Shown: piece after piece, positions 19,750 to 30,076 of the stretch
Numbering within the stretch: the first letter of the stretch is position 1
Layout: the number at the start of each line of letters is the position of its first letter
DNA from: SAR324 cluster bacterium
GTDB lineage: Bacteria > SAR324 > XYD2-FULL-50-16
Direction: 5' to 3'
Length of the DNA: 64,000 bases
Assembly (NCBI GenBank): GCA_028282885.1
Contig: JANQGX010000059.1
Coordinates: forward strand, 64,906-128,905
Notes under the pieces: generated by a model
What the model was told of the DNA's origin: nothing
Databases searched by the model: none
What the model saw: the letters and a program-made list of their open reading frames with translations, nothing else
Position numbers and translations under genes: made by a program

Positions 19750-20889
19750 ATGTCGATGAATCGTCCGGAATTATCCGTCATCAAATTGATTGTTAAGATT
19801 TTCGTAATCTGTTTGATTCTTTGTGCCTGCGACCAGAATGATTCGGGGGTGAACACCGATACGGAGCTTCGCATATTCTCCATGGTCCCGGATGATGGTG
19901 ATTCCGACATAGCTGCCAGCGGGGTGCTGCAGGTAACTTTCAACCAGTCCGTCAACCTGTCAACTGTTTCGAGTATCCGGGAAAACGGAACCTGTTCCGG
20001 GTCTGTTCAACTGTCTTCCGATAACTTTCAAAGTTGTATCGGACTTGACTATGCGGGTTTGACCGACAACGGTAACACCATCAGGGTTCCCTATCTGGTG
20101 GAATCGGATTCCCAATACAAGATCAGAATCAGTACCGGTATCAGGGCTGAAGAAGGGGGGAGCCTTGCTGAAGATTACTCAACCGAAACCGGTTTCACAA
20201 AAGCAGACAGCAACACCTGTGACCAAATCCCGCGGGAGCGCCTGATGGTTGCCGTCGTTTTCGGTCAGTCCAATTCGACCGATTCATCACCGGGAAGAAA
20301 AACTCTGAATCGTAATGTCTATATGATGGATTCGAACGGCCTTTGTTCCTATGCCTCGGATCCTATGTTATATAAACCGGTATTGGATCTGGGGTGTGTA
20401 TGGAGCAGACTGGGACCGAAAATCGTTTCGGCGGGACTGTATGACAATGTGCTTTTTATCTCTGTTGGTGTTGGGGGGACCTCCGTTTCGCTATGGGTTC
20501 CCGGAGCGCTGTATCATGATCGAATTACCGAGGCAATGGATCTGTTAGGTAATGCCGGCTTTTCCACTACCCATTTTCTCTGGCACCAGGGAGAATCTGA
20601 TCGATATTCCACCGCCGATGAATATAAAACAAACTTCAATTTGATGCTGGGGAGTATCAGAAGTCGACAACCGACAACACCTGTTTACGTATCCATCGCC
20701 AGCAGATGTGGAGGTGATCCCATTACACAAATCCAGCAGGCGCAAATGGATCTGGTGGATATTGAAAACTATGTTTTCCAAGGACCGAATACTGATACCC
20801 TGGGATTTTCTTACAGATATGACGGCTGCCATTTTCATGAAGGTGGATTGGAAGCACACGCTGATCTATGGATGGAGGTGCTGCAGTAA
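19750..20889 (+). CDS. Lipoprotein with an N-terminal Ig-like domain and a C-terminal SASA/SGNH-type carbohydrate O-acetylesterase domain
   Basis: Lipobox (LILCACDQ). GQSN motif (VVFGQSNSTD). WHQGESD block. DGCHFH catalytic Asp/His block. All are characteristic of the sialate-O-acetylesterase (SASA / DUF303) branch of SGNH hydrolases. Confidence 0.62.
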   Translation: MSMNRPELSVIKLIVKIFVICLILCACDQNDSGVNTDTELRIFSMVPDDGDSDIAASGVLQVTFNQSVNLSTVSSIRENGTCSGSVQLSSDNFQSCIGLDYAGLTDNGNTIRVPYLVESDSQYKIRISTGIRAEEGGSLAEDYSTETGFTKADSNTCDQIPRERLMVAVVFGQSNSTDSSPGRKTLNRNVYMMDSNGLCSYASDPMLYKPVLDLGCVWSRLGPKIVSAGLYDNVLFISVGVGGTSVSLWVPGALYHDRITEAMDLLGNAGFSTTHFLWHQGESDRYSTADEYKTNFNLMLGSIRSRQPTTPVYVSIASRCGGDPITQIQQAQMDLVDIENYVFQGPNTDTLGFSYRYDGCHFHEGGLEAHADLWMEVLQ

Positions 20890-21041
20890 AAAACGGAAAA
20901 TCAAACGGGTGAAAAATTGCAGTCATTCAACCACTTGTATCCATGCAAAAGGATGGTAGGTGACGATTTTTTAGTGTGAACAAAGGTACAATCCGACAAA
21001 ACCTATTTTAAGCTAGATCGCTTTTGGCAGGAAGAAAGATT

Positions 21042-22397
21042 ATGAGTAGATATCACCATGATTCTGACGGAGTCACCCTTTTTAGTCTGAAATACGTCGC
21101 CCGGCGGAAGAGCCGTGTGAATCTCTTTGGATTTCTGGTTGCTCTGTTGATGATATTTCCGGCATCCGAAATCGCCTTTGCAGATAACGGAGAATCCGTG
21201 AAAGCCATAGTCTTTTACAAACAGGACTGTCCCGATTGTAAGGCTCTGACACATGATATTCTGCCGGTTTTTAAAAAAAGGTATGGAGACGCTCTGAATA
21301 TCCTGACCGTGAACAATGGCGACCCGCGAGGAGGTGGACTCTATCTGTCAACCCTGCTTGCGATGAACTTATCCCTGACCGAGTCCCTTCCATTTGTGAT
21401 CGTCGGTGATGTTGTTCTAAAAGGTTCTGAGTCCGTTACCAGGGAGTTTCCCGCATTGGTTGAAGAGAGAATTCTCCAGAAGAAGACCGGGTGGCCGGAT
21501 ATTCCCGGGCTGGATAAAGTTTTGAAAGCGATTACCCAAATGAATCAAGAGGATCAGGCCTCCTGGTGGATCGCCGGAGAGGTTAACGAAATCCAGTATC
21601 TTTTGGCAGGTTTTGCCTACAGATATAACCATGATCCCCTTGCCAACCGTTATGCGGTTGTCGTGTTGTGCTGCCTGATCGTCGGTCTCGTGATCTCACT
21701 TTATCTCTTTTTTCGGAAGGAGAAGCGCCAACCCTGTATTTACCGTGCCGGTGTTTTAACCCTGCAATTGGTAGGTGTTTATGTGGCCTGGCAACTGGCC
21801 GAAATCAGCAACATTCTCTCCTCGCACAAGTCACTTTTGGGATCCTTTGAGGATCTGCTGGCGATTACTGTTTTTACAGGAATGCTGATATCTCTTCTGT
21901 TTTCCTTGTGGTCATTCCGGGGATCGAACAAGACACGAATTGCCATTTGGCAGATTCGAATTATTCCCCTTCTCTCCCTCATAGTTTTGACCGCAGCCGG
22001 ATACCTGCTGTATTCGGAGTTGAGTGGAGCGGAAGCCCAATGTGGTGCTGTCGGAGATTGCAACGCAGTGCAGCAGAGCCCGTACGCTAAGTTGTTTGGA
22101 TGGATTTCTGTTGCGGGATTCGGAATCATGGGTATCTTGCTTGTAACTTTGTTCTGGCTGCTTTACCAGTTCGGCCCTGCAAACAGGCAGTCCCTGTTCG
22201 GCCTGGGAATGTGGGGCGGTCTCTTGATCGGCGTGCTTTTTTTCACCTACCTTACCTTCTTGGAACCTTTCGTTATCGGTGCTACCTGCTTTTGGTGCCT
22301 TTCAGCAGCCATTGCCATGGTACTGGAATTTTACATTCTGACTCCCCTGGCAGGACAATCGTGGCATAAATTGAGAGAGCTTTATCGTCGTGCTTAG
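21042..22397 (+). CDS. Membrane thiol-disulfide oxidoreductase: N-terminal thioredoxin-like domain (CPDC) fused to a VKOR-family (vitamin K epoxide reductase-like) 5-TM domain
   Basis: Trx-like CxxC (FYKQDCPDCKAL). A VKOR loop Cys pair (AQCGAVGDCNAV). An in-membrane CxxC (ATCFWCLSAA), with multiple TM helices. The start was chosen at MSRYHH, which has a GGAAG RBS upstream. Confidence 0.6.
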   Translation: MSRYHHDSDGVTLFSLKYVARRKSRVNLFGFLVALLMIFPASEIAFADNGESVKAIVFYKQDCPDCKALTHDILPVFKKRYGDALNILTVNNGDPRGGGLYLSTLLAMNLSLTESLPFVIVGDVVLKGSESVTREFPALVEERILQKKTGWPDIPGLDKVLKAITQMNQEDQASWWIAGEVNEIQYLLAGFAYRYNHDPLANRYAVVVLCCLIVGLVISLYLFFRKEKRQPCIYRAGVLTLQLVGVYVAWQLAEISNILSSHKSLLGSFEDLLAITVFTGMLISLLFSLWSFRGSNKTRIAIWQIRIIPLLSLIVLTAAGYLLYSELSGAEAQCGAVGDCNAVQQSPYAKLFGWISVAGFGIMGILLVTLFWLLYQFGPANRQSLFGLGMWGGLLIGVLFFTYLTFLEPFVIGATCFWCLSAAIAMVLEFYILTPLAGQSWHKLRELYRRA

Positions 22398-22807
22398 ATA
22401 ATCGGCTTCAGATCTACCCCTTACCCCTTTTTTAGGCCTGGATTGAGTATTTCACCGATTACCGGAATGACCGCTAATCAATTTTGAGAATTAAGGATCA
22501 TCCAAAGATCGGCCAACTGGAGCCTCAACAATACAATCCTGTTTCAATTGACATGCAGTGAGGTTTGCCGCTATACATCGAAAACCCTTCAATCCCGAAG
22601 GTAATGTTACGGAATGATTTATTAGATGATGACAAAAATCGTCACCCCCATGAGTTTAAATGTCGACCTAATAGGTCATTTTGGTCATACTACTCTCTAA
22701 ACCTCGCCAGCACTAATTCGATGCTTCCAGGGAACGACCTCTTTTTCAACAGACAGTAAATCGCAAACTGATTTAAGACATCCGGTCAAATTCTCAAGCG
22801 AGTAAAC

Positions 22808-24703
22808 ATGCAGAATACTCTCAACTGGCACAATAACCGGCTTTCACGACTGCTTCTTGGTTATATTATCCTCTGTAGTTCCTTTTTTACACTGATCGGT
22901 ACAGCGGTCCAGCTTTACAGTGATTACAGATCCGATATCAAATCCATAGAGGGCGGCATCAGGCACATAGAAAAGGGATACCTGAAAACAATCTCCAGTA
23001 GTTTGTGGGCTTTGGATTCGGGGCAGATGAAAAACAGTCTTGAAGGAGCGTCCTATTTACCTGATATCCAGTATCTGGAAGTTCGAGAGCACAGAAACGG
23101 GGTGGAAAAGATTTTTGCCAGTTGGGGGGAGAGGATAGACCAACAACTGATAAAAAAAGATCTGCCCCTCTATTACGGAAATTCCGACAAGAAAATCGGA
23201 TCCCTGCTGGTAATTGCCAGTACGGACAAAGTGATGCAGAGGCTGAGAGCAAAATTGCTGCTGATTCTCCTAACCCAGGGGATCAAGACCTTTCTTGTTT
23301 CGCTCTGTATTTTGTTCATCTTCCATCGCTTGATTATGAAGCATCTAATCTCCATCACCGGTTATTTCAGCGCTTTTGATCTGAATAATCTGGATGCTCC
23401 TCTTGCCATCAAAAGGCGAATGTCCCGCCCCAGACAACCGGATCTGTTTGAATCCCTGGTCAATTCTATCAACCGCATGCGTGTGAGATTGAAGGAGAAT
23501 CTCAGTGCCAGAATTGACAACCAGTTAGAGTTGAACCGACTAAAGAATCAATTAAAGAATATTGTGGATTCCATGCCGGCCATTCTCATCGGCATCGATA
23601 ACAATGGTAAAGTAACCCACTGGAATCGTAGCGCCGAGGATGAAACAGGCAAACGTCCGGACGAAGTTGAGGGGAAACTCTTAATTGATGTCTTTCCTCC
23701 CCTGGGAGAGCGAACGGACTTTCTCAAAAAAGTTCTGGAACACTCCTATTCGGGGCGCAGTTATAGAATCAACAGGCAGGTTGAAGATAAAACAGTATTC
23801 TGGGATGTTATGGCATATCCTCTTGCAACAAACGGTGAGCAGGGTGTTGTGGTAAGAATCGAAGACATTACCGAGAAGGTAAGAATAGATCAGCTCATGA
23901 TTCAGACCGAGAAAATGGTTTCTGTCGGCGGAATTGCAGCGGGAATTGCCCATGAGATTAATAATCCTCTTTCTGTTGTCATCACCGGAATTCAGAACTC
24001 AATGAGAAGAATCAGACCGACCTGGAAGAAAAACCGCGAAGTGGCAGAGTCGATCAATGTGGATCTGGATGGCGTCAACGAGTATTTGGAGAAACGAGAG
24101 ATTTTTAAATACTTGAAGGGAGTGGAAGAGTCGGGGAAACGAGCTGCGAAAATCGTGTCCAATATGCTGAGTTTTAGTCGCAGATCCAGTACTCAATTCG
24201 CGCCGGTGGATCTGGAAAGTTTGGTGAACAACACAATCGAACTGGCCGTTAACGATTACGATCTGACTAAAAAATACGACTTCAAACACATCAAGCTGGT
24301 TAAAAACCTGGGGCCGGACCGGATAGAGTTCATGGGATCGGAAACCGAAATTGAACAGGTGTTATTGAACCTCTTGAAAAACTCGGCAGAAGCGATTTAC
24401 GAAGATGAGAAAAAAGATCAACCCCAAATCGGGATCTATGCCAAATCCGACGGCAGGAGAGTGCGCATTGAAATCGAAGATAACGGCCCCGGTATCGATA
24501 AATCAAAGCTCAAACGGATCTTTGAACCGTTTTACACGACTAAACCGGTAGGAAAAGGCACAGGATTGGGGCTTTCCGTTTCTTACCTGATTATTACCAA
24601 GAACCACAAGGGCAGCATGGAAGTGGAATCGGAGAAGGGGAGAGGAACCAAATTCATCATTCATCTCCCGTTGAATGTTGAGAAAGCTGCAATTCAAGGC
24701 TGA
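22808..24703 (+). CDS. Membrane sensor histidine kinase (periplasmic sensor, PAS, HisKA, HATPase_c)
   Basis: Two TM helices bracket an about 140-aa periplasmic domain. PAS domain (MPAILIGIDNNGKVTHWNRSAE...). H-box (GIAHEINNPLSVV). ATPase boxes (DNGPGID, GTGLGLSVSY). Confidence 0.85.
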   Translation: MQNTLNWHNNRLSRLLLGYIILCSSFFTLIGTAVQLYSDYRSDIKSIEGGIRHIEKGYLKTISSSLWALDSGQMKNSLEGASYLPDIQYLEVREHRNGVEKIFASWGERIDQQLIKKDLPLYYGNSDKKIGSLLVIASTDKVMQRLRAKLLLILLTQGIKTFLVSLCILFIFHRLIMKHLISITGYFSAFDLNNLDAPLAIKRRMSRPRQPDLFESLVNSINRMRVRLKENLSARIDNQLELNRLKNQLKNIVDSMPAILIGIDNNGKVTHWNRSAEDETGKRPDEVEGKLLIDVFPPLGERTDFLKKVLEHSYSGRSYRINRQVEDKTVFWDVMAYPLATNGEQGVVVRIEDITEKVRIDQLMIQTEKMVSVGGIAAGIAHEINNPLSVVITGIQNSMRRIRPTWKKNREVAESINVDLDGVNEYLEKREIFKYLKGVEESGKRAAKIVSNMLSFSRRSSTQFAPVDLESLVNNTIELAVNDYDLTKKYDFKHIKLVKNLGPDRIEFMGSETEIEQVLLNLLKNSAEAIYEDEKKDQPQIGIYAKSDGRRVRIEIEDNGPGIDKSKLKRIFEPFYTTKPVGKGTGLGLSVSYLIITKNHKGSMEVESEKGRGTKFIIHLPLNVEKAAIQG

Positions 24704-24706
24704 ATC

Positions 24707-25624
24707 TTACTCGGCGTAATCCATGTGAACAACCAGGGGGCTGGTTTTCCCTTCAATGATGACCTGTTGGTAGAGATCCTTCCATTGTTTGGAGAGAATA
24801 TTCCATCGCGCTGCGAAACCTACTATCTTGTCAAGAATGTCTCTTCTCCCGACCAGTTGATTAATGCGATTAATGGCGATTTGCCCTGCTTCGGTCTTGC
24901 TGCAGCTAATGCCGATATACAGGTATTTCTGATCTTCCTTTATATTATAAAAAACAAACTCATTGGGAATCCCCAAAACACTTTCACTGATAATGGGTAA
25001 CATGGGCCAGTTGATGGTGTAATCGATGCGGTTGTTCAGAATCATGCGAAGGTCCGATTGGAGCAACCCGCTTTCCTCCCAATAGATATTTTCGTTATCC
25101 GCATATTTTTTTGTCAGCCGCCGGATACCCGGCGCATAAGCAAAGACTTTTGCCAGGCCTATGCGCAGATCCTGGTTTTGCAGCAGACTCTCCAGCGACA
25201 CCACAGTGCCGGGTGGACCAAATTTGTGAGCATCCCGGCTGTGAGCAATTACTCCCATGGGAAACCAAATTAGAATGGGATTGGAAAACAGGCGGTATTT
25301 CGGGAAGGTCCTCCAGCCAAAATAGCAATTATTTCCGTGTTTTGCTTCAACGTTAAATCTCTTATGGTTCAGCCAGAGAACCTGGATTTCAAAATCTGTT
25401 AAGATCTCTTTGCGAAAAAGATCGAGAATCAATTCATTGATACCTTCCCCTTTGTATTGTCCCTCGGCAATATTAATCGGGATCTGATTGAACTTTAGCC
25501 AGTCCAGTTGTGTCCTGGCAGACAGGTTCAGGGTAACCAAAATTGGTAAAAGAGAAATGACCAGCTTTAAGAGGAAAGAGGTCCCTGTTGATCGGTTTAA
25601 ACAAACCACGGTTTTTGCCTTCAT
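24707..25624 (-). CDS. Secreted/periplasmic solute-binding-protein-family-3-like protein of unknown function
   Basis: N-terminal signal/TM segment (LLKLVISLLPILVTLNLSA). Size and pattern consistent with a type-II periplasmic binding fold. Convergent with, and 3 nt from, the neighbouring kinase. No transporter genes nearby. Confidence 0.35.
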   Translation of the reverse strand: MKAKTVVCLNRSTGTSFLLKLVISLLPILVTLNLSARTQLDWLKFNQIPINIAEGQYKGEGINELILDLFRKEILTDFEIQVLWLNHKRFNVEAKHGNNCYFGWRTFPKYRLFSNPILIWFPMGVIAHSRDAHKFGPPGTVVSLESLLQNQDLRIGLAKVFAYAPGIRRLTKKYADNENIYWEESGLLQSDLRMILNNRIDYTINWPMLPIISESVLGIPNEFVFYNIKEDQKYLYIGISCSKTEAGQIAINRINQLVGRRDILDKIVGFAARWNILSKQWKDLYQQVIIEGKTSPLVVHMDYAE

Positions 25625-25784
25625 ATTGGCTATACATATTCAAGGGGCGCGTTCCGGATTGTCCGGGTGAAAGATTAACTACTCTATCCCGGATAAGTTG
25701 TCCTGATATGCTATCTCAGAATGAGTTTTTTTTGAAGAAGAGATTGATCCGGATAACGGATCTGTGGATTGAAAGCGGCTTTAG

Positions 25785-27044
25785 TCAGTTCGTTCCTTGA
25801 CGGGGGGAGTAGACGTCGTTTTTATTCCAGGTACCTGAGCCTCCCAGCAGATAAGCTTTGCCTTCAACAGTACTGCAGGTTGTATTGTAACGTTCGGCGG
25901 GCAACTGTTTTCCCTGACTCCAACTATTTGTATTCGGATCATATACCTCAACCGATGTTAACGCTCCTTTGCCTCCGAAAACATAGATCCTGCCGTCAAT
26001 AACGCAACCCGAGTGCGAATAGCGAGGAGTTGGCAGCGGTGCTTTGCGTGTCCATTTATTCCTTAATGGATCATACGCTTCAACCGAATCGAGGACTTTT
26101 TTACCGTAGCGACCTCCAATAAGGTAGATCCTCCTGTTGATAACATGACTTGAATGAGAAGTCCGCTTGGTCGGCATTGTGGTTCCTTTCCGCCAGGTAT
26201 CTGTTTTTGTATCATAAATCTCTATGCTGTCAGCTGCCTGACGGCCTCCGAACACGAATATCTCTTTTTTGACAACACTGGCGGAATGGTCATATCGCCT
26301 GGTGGGTATGGGACTCCCTAATATCGAACTGTCACTTTTGGGATCGTATATCTCGATTGGTCCAATGCCTCCTTCATGGTCGTGGTTGTGTCCGGCGATA
26401 ATGTATACTTTTTTTGATACAACCGAACTTGAATGATGGTCCCTGGCGTATTTGAGCAGGGATCGTCTTTCCCAGCGATTCCTGTCCGGATGATATACCT
26501 CCACCGAGTTGATGTAATGTTTGCGCCATCCTCCTATAACATATATTTTATCCTTAACGGTGTTGCTTGAGGCATTGATCTTGGAAACGAGCATAGGGGC
26601 TTTTTCCTCCCAGGAACCTTCAATGAGGGTCTCGTCTGTCGTTAACTTCTTTCGTTGCGGATCCTTGATGACAATGACCTTCTCTGTAAATCCGTCTTCA
26701 GTTAGAAAAAATCGGATCTTTTTCGTCGGGATCCCTTCTTTCTGTGTAAATACCGAGTAGGTTCCCGCAGGACGGGAGTGATACCTGTCTCCCTTGAATC
26801 CTTTGCGATGGGAATAAACACGCCCGTAACCAAAAGCATCAGTTCGAAGTTTTTCCTCTTTACGGGTATTCAGATCGATCAGGGATAGGGTGGCGTTTTC
26901 CACCGCTTCCTTATGGTACATCACCTTTATCGAGAAGGTTCCGTGTTGTTTGAGGGCGGTGTCTTCCGGCAGAACAACAGCCGTTCCAACGGCAGCCATG
27001 GTGGCAAACACGGCAATACCGTATTGCTGTATTTTCTTGTTCAT
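25785..27044 (-). CDS. Secreted Kelch-repeat beta-propeller protein with an N-terminal transthyretin/carboxypeptidase-regulatory-like beta-sandwich
   Basis: Signal peptide (GIAVFATMAAVGTAVV). About six Kelch-type repeats (IYVIGGW, VYIIAGH, IFVFGGR, IYLIGGR, IYVFGGK, AYLLGGS, each followed by ...VE.YDP..N.W). Its ATG overlaps the TGA of the upstream gene (ATGA). Confidence 0.75.
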   Translation of the reverse strand: MNKKIQQYGIAVFATMAAVGTAVVLPEDTALKQHGTFSIKVMYHKEAVENATLSLIDLNTRKEEKLRTDAFGYGRVYSHRKGFKGDRYHSRPAGTYSVFTQKEGIPTKKIRFFLTEDGFTEKVIVIKDPQRKKLTTDETLIEGSWEEKAPMLVSKINASSNTVKDKIYVIGGWRKHYINSVEVYHPDRNRWERRSLLKYARDHHSSSVVSKKVYIIAGHNHDHEGGIGPIEIYDPKSDSSILGSPIPTRRYDHSASVVKKEIFVFGGRQAADSIEIYDTKTDTWRKGTTMPTKRTSHSSHVINRRIYLIGGRYGKKVLDSVEAYDPLRNKWTRKAPLPTPRYSHSGCVIDGRIYVFGGKGALTSVEVYDPNTNSWSQGKQLPAERYNTTCSTVEGKAYLLGGSGTWNKNDVYSPRQGTN

Positions 27045-30000
27045 TCGATCTTCGGTAGTTTCGATTGAAGGGGTTCCGGTAATTCCCTGTTTTCATTTTG
27101 CTGCAGTTGTATCGCCTGGCGACGGACAGCCGGTCGGATTTTGGCCTTGTCCAGGTGTTTCCAGATACTGAGCCAAGCCAGTTGGCGGACGTCATATTTC
27201 GCCCGGTATTCAATCGATGACCAGCCCACCAGATACACTGCTGAAGTATCTGTAATTTCAAAGAAATAAACCCAACAGGCCGGATCCTTCAGAATATGCT
27301 CATCGACCTCTGACACCGCTTTTAACAATACCGCTTTTACCTTTTCGGGATCGTGTTCGGGGTCGATATAGACTGAAATCCAGTCATTGTACATTTCACT
27401 GGGCAGACTGAAATTATGGATAAAGGATTCGGCCACGGTTGAATTGGGAATGGCAAAGATACAACCCAGTTTGTCCTCGAATCTGGTCGTTCTCCAGTTG
27501 ATATCTATGACCCGTCCTTCAGAATAGCTGCCGACTTTTACCCAGTCTCCTACATGGTAAGGGCGCTCAAGATTCAAAGCGATTCCGGAAAAAATATTCG
27601 CGATATTTAACTGGATGGCGAGACCGATGATCATCATCAGGATTCCGGAAGTCGCGATCAGCCCGGTTATTTTGAAGTCAAAGACAAAGGCGATGATACC
27701 AAAACTGGTCAACAGATAGATCAGGAAAGCCGTAAAACCCCTAATCAACCCCGGGACTTTTCTGTCAGAACGATACTCAATCGTATCAAAAATATTCTTC
27801 TGTATAACATCGTTCAGCATCTTGGCCGGAATCACCCACCACAGAACATCAAAAAATTTGGTGATAGAATCCAGGGTTGTTTCAGACACAGTGCCCAAAA
27901 GTGACTGGATCAAAGTCGTTTCCACCAAAATCAGAAGCAGAAAGGAGAGCAGGATACGGACAAAGCCCCCCATCCTGACCAGGCGCCTTTCCATTTCAAT
28001 CCGCTTTTTCTTGGTAATTCGGATAAACTGTTGCCTGCTGTCATCGTTATCCTCCAGCCAGTAAGAAAAACCCGTCTTTCGTTTCTTTTTGGTCGGCGTA
28101 GCCGGATACATCCGGAAGGCTATTTCTCCGGCTAGCTCCCCTTTAAGCCAGAAGAAAGCAGACAGCAGAAAAAGGGTGATCAGGGTCAGGTATCCCGAAA
28201 GCGGTTCGGGAATCAGAAGCCTGGGGCTGAATCGTATCTTGCTGACCTGAATCTTTGCGGTAAACCTTGAATGTTCAATGGTTTTGTCAATGTGGTCAAT
28301 ATACTTGATGTTTCCCCAAGTTCTTTTCCTTGAGATATCATGATAATACGAAGCGTCAGTGATATTCCAGCCGTGCAGAGAGTTCAGGATAGGGCCTGCC
28401 TCTTTGCCCTCCGGCCATACTTTGCCAAGCATTCCCAACTCATCCTTGATAAATTGCAGCTCTCTTCTTGTCTTATTCTTATGGCGAAAGGCAACCCCAA
28501 GCACATGGGCCCTGTACACATCGCTTGGGATAAAATCCGCTCGGAAGGTTCCTTCAACCTGGTAACGTCGGTAAACGGACTGATCGATGATTTCTTCAGC
28601 AACCGGTGGTTTCAGCTTTATCGGTTTCAACGAATTCAGAAACTCCAGAGCAGTAATATCAATGTCCCCCTGATTATACCTGAACCAGAGATAAAAATTG
28701 GCCTTAAAAGTAAGATTTTCTTCGTCCAGGCTGCTGAGTTCGATGATTTCGATTCCGGAATGCACCACACTGGTTTTATAAAAATACTCTTTCCCGACTT
28801 TGATAATCCTGCCCTCATCCAGGTCTTCCTCCAACGTACCGATCTCTTTTATATCTTTTATGATTTGAAACTGGTGAGGGGCGGGAATCAGTTGGGTTCC
28901 TTTATATATCCCCATAGCGATCGGTTTGAAAGAATTTCCTTTTTCATCAAAAAAGTTTAGACCGGTCATCCCCAGTAGTGAGTCCTTAACATTGGACAAT
29001 CCGGATATATACTCCCTTAACTTGTTGCGATCTGACTTAATAGATTCCCGGTTACCTTTCAGTTCATACTGCCGGATTCCCTCGGAGATGATCATTGCCG
29101 CATCATGGGCGTAAGCCGTATCCCATTTGGGATCAACCTCAAACCGTTTGCTGAAGCTCCTCTTGAATCGTTGGGCATTTTCATTGGCAAGTTCGTACGA
29201 AAAGGCAGACACTGCATATAACCCATCGGTATAATACCCGGGATGCATTTTTTCCTTGGGCAGGTCCTGAAACCAGAGGGTCAGATTAGTCTGGGAAAAG
29301 CCAACCGGCGTAATCACGGGATTGGGAATTTGCTCATCTTTAAGATGTTGTATTATCTGAACACTCTCATACGGATGGGTCAGCAGGATCAATGGTAGAC
29401 TGGTATCATTGGTTTTTTTGATCTCTTTGATCATCGTTATGGCGTTCTCGGTCCGGGCTTCGGATTGCACCTCCCACCGGTGTTTGATCGGTACATCCAG
29501 GGTGCGAAGGGTTTTCTGAAATTCAATGACCATCTCCTGACTGGACGAGTCCGAGCCGGCAACCAACATCACCGCTTTCGGTTCAAAGACATTGTTGATG
29601 TAATGAGCAATGAACCGTGATTGCAGGTTTAAACTGAAAACCGTCCTAAAAAGCCATTTATTATCTTCGACAGTTTCCTGCCCCATGGCGGAAGGCGTGA
29701 TGATTGGTATCCCGGCTTCCTTGTATATCTCTCCTGCTGCAAGTGTACAGGTATCACTCTGGTGTCCGATGACTGCTATCGCCCTCCCCTCTTCCACAAT
29801 TTTAGACGCGATTTTTACAGCGGTCACCGGGTCATTGTGGTCATCGTACACATCCAGTCTCAGTTCATTGCTGTGAATTCCTCCCTGCTGGTTAAGATTC
29901 CGGATATATAGCCGAGTCGCATTCACGTAGCTATCCTGCTTCTCGTCAGGTCCGATGACAGCTATATGTAGCGCTGATCTGTCTGCCGAATAGAAGTGCT

Positions 30001-30076
30001 TGATCCAGAATAGTGGCTGAATCAGGATAATCAGGGTGATGACGATTTTTACAGGTATACTTTTATAGTTAATCAT
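27041..30076 (-). CDS. Fusion protein: periplasmic type-1 (LivK/Peripla_BP_6-like) ligand-binding domain, a domain of unknown function, and a C-terminal MscS-family mechanosensitive channel domain
   Basis: Signal/TM at the N-terminus. A LivK-like PBP (ALHIAVIGPDEKQD...AIAVIGHQSDTC...GIPIITPSA). TM helices at about residues 640-800. The MscS pore helix and beta-domain (IIGLAIQLNIANIFSGIALNLERPYHVGDWVKVGSYSEGRVIDINWRTTRFE). ATGA overlaps on both sides. Confidence 0.75.
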   Translation of the reverse strand: MINYKSIPVKIVITLIILIQPLFWIKHFYSADRSALHIAVIGPDEKQDSYVNATRLYIRNLNQQGGIHSNELRLDVYDDHNDPVTAVKIASKIVEEGRAIAVIGHQSDTCTLAAGEIYKEAGIPIITPSAMGQETVEDNKWLFRTVFSLNLQSRFIAHYINNVFEPKAVMLVAGSDSSSQEMVIEFQKTLRTLDVPIKHRWEVQSEARTENAITMIKEIKKTNDTSLPLILLTHPYESVQIIQHLKDEQIPNPVITPVGFSQTNLTLWFQDLPKEKMHPGYYTDGLYAVSAFSYELANENAQRFKRSFSKRFEVDPKWDTAYAHDAAMIISEGIRQYELKGNRESIKSDRNKLREYISGLSNVKDSLLGMTGLNFFDEKGNSFKPIAMGIYKGTQLIPAPHQFQIIKDIKEIGTLEEDLDEGRIIKVGKEYFYKTSVVHSGIEIIELSSLDEENLTFKANFYLWFRYNQGDIDITALEFLNSLKPIKLKPPVAEEIIDQSVYRRYQVEGTFRADFIPSDVYRAHVLGVAFRHKNKTRRELQFIKDELGMLGKVWPEGKEAGPILNSLHGWNITDASYYHDISRKRTWGNIKYIDHIDKTIEHSRFTAKIQVSKIRFSPRLLIPEPLSGYLTLITLFLLSAFFWLKGELAGEIAFRMYPATPTKKKRKTGFSYWLEDNDDSRQQFIRITKKKRIEMERRLVRMGGFVRILLSFLLLILVETTLIQSLLGTVSETTLDSITKFFDVLWWVIPAKMLNDVIQKNIFDTIEYRSDRKVPGLIRGFTAFLIYLLTSFGIIAFVFDFKITGLIATSGILMMIIGLAIQLNIANIFSGIALNLERPYHVGDWVKVGSYSEGRVIDINWRTTRFEDKLGCIFAIPNSTVAESFIHNFSLPSEMYNDWISVYIDPEHDPEKVKAVLLKAVSEVDEHILKDPACWVYFFEITDTSAVYLVGWSSIEYRAKYDVRQLAWLSIWKHLDKAKIRPAVRRQAIQLQQNENRELPEPLQSKLPKIE

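Noticed and set aside
22546-22578. TTGACA-N17/18-TATACA sigma-70-like promoter upstream of the membrane kinase gene
   Set aside because: Only a moderate match, and 230 nt from the start codon. It is plausible but cannot be distinguished from chance in AT-rich intergenic DNA without TSS data.
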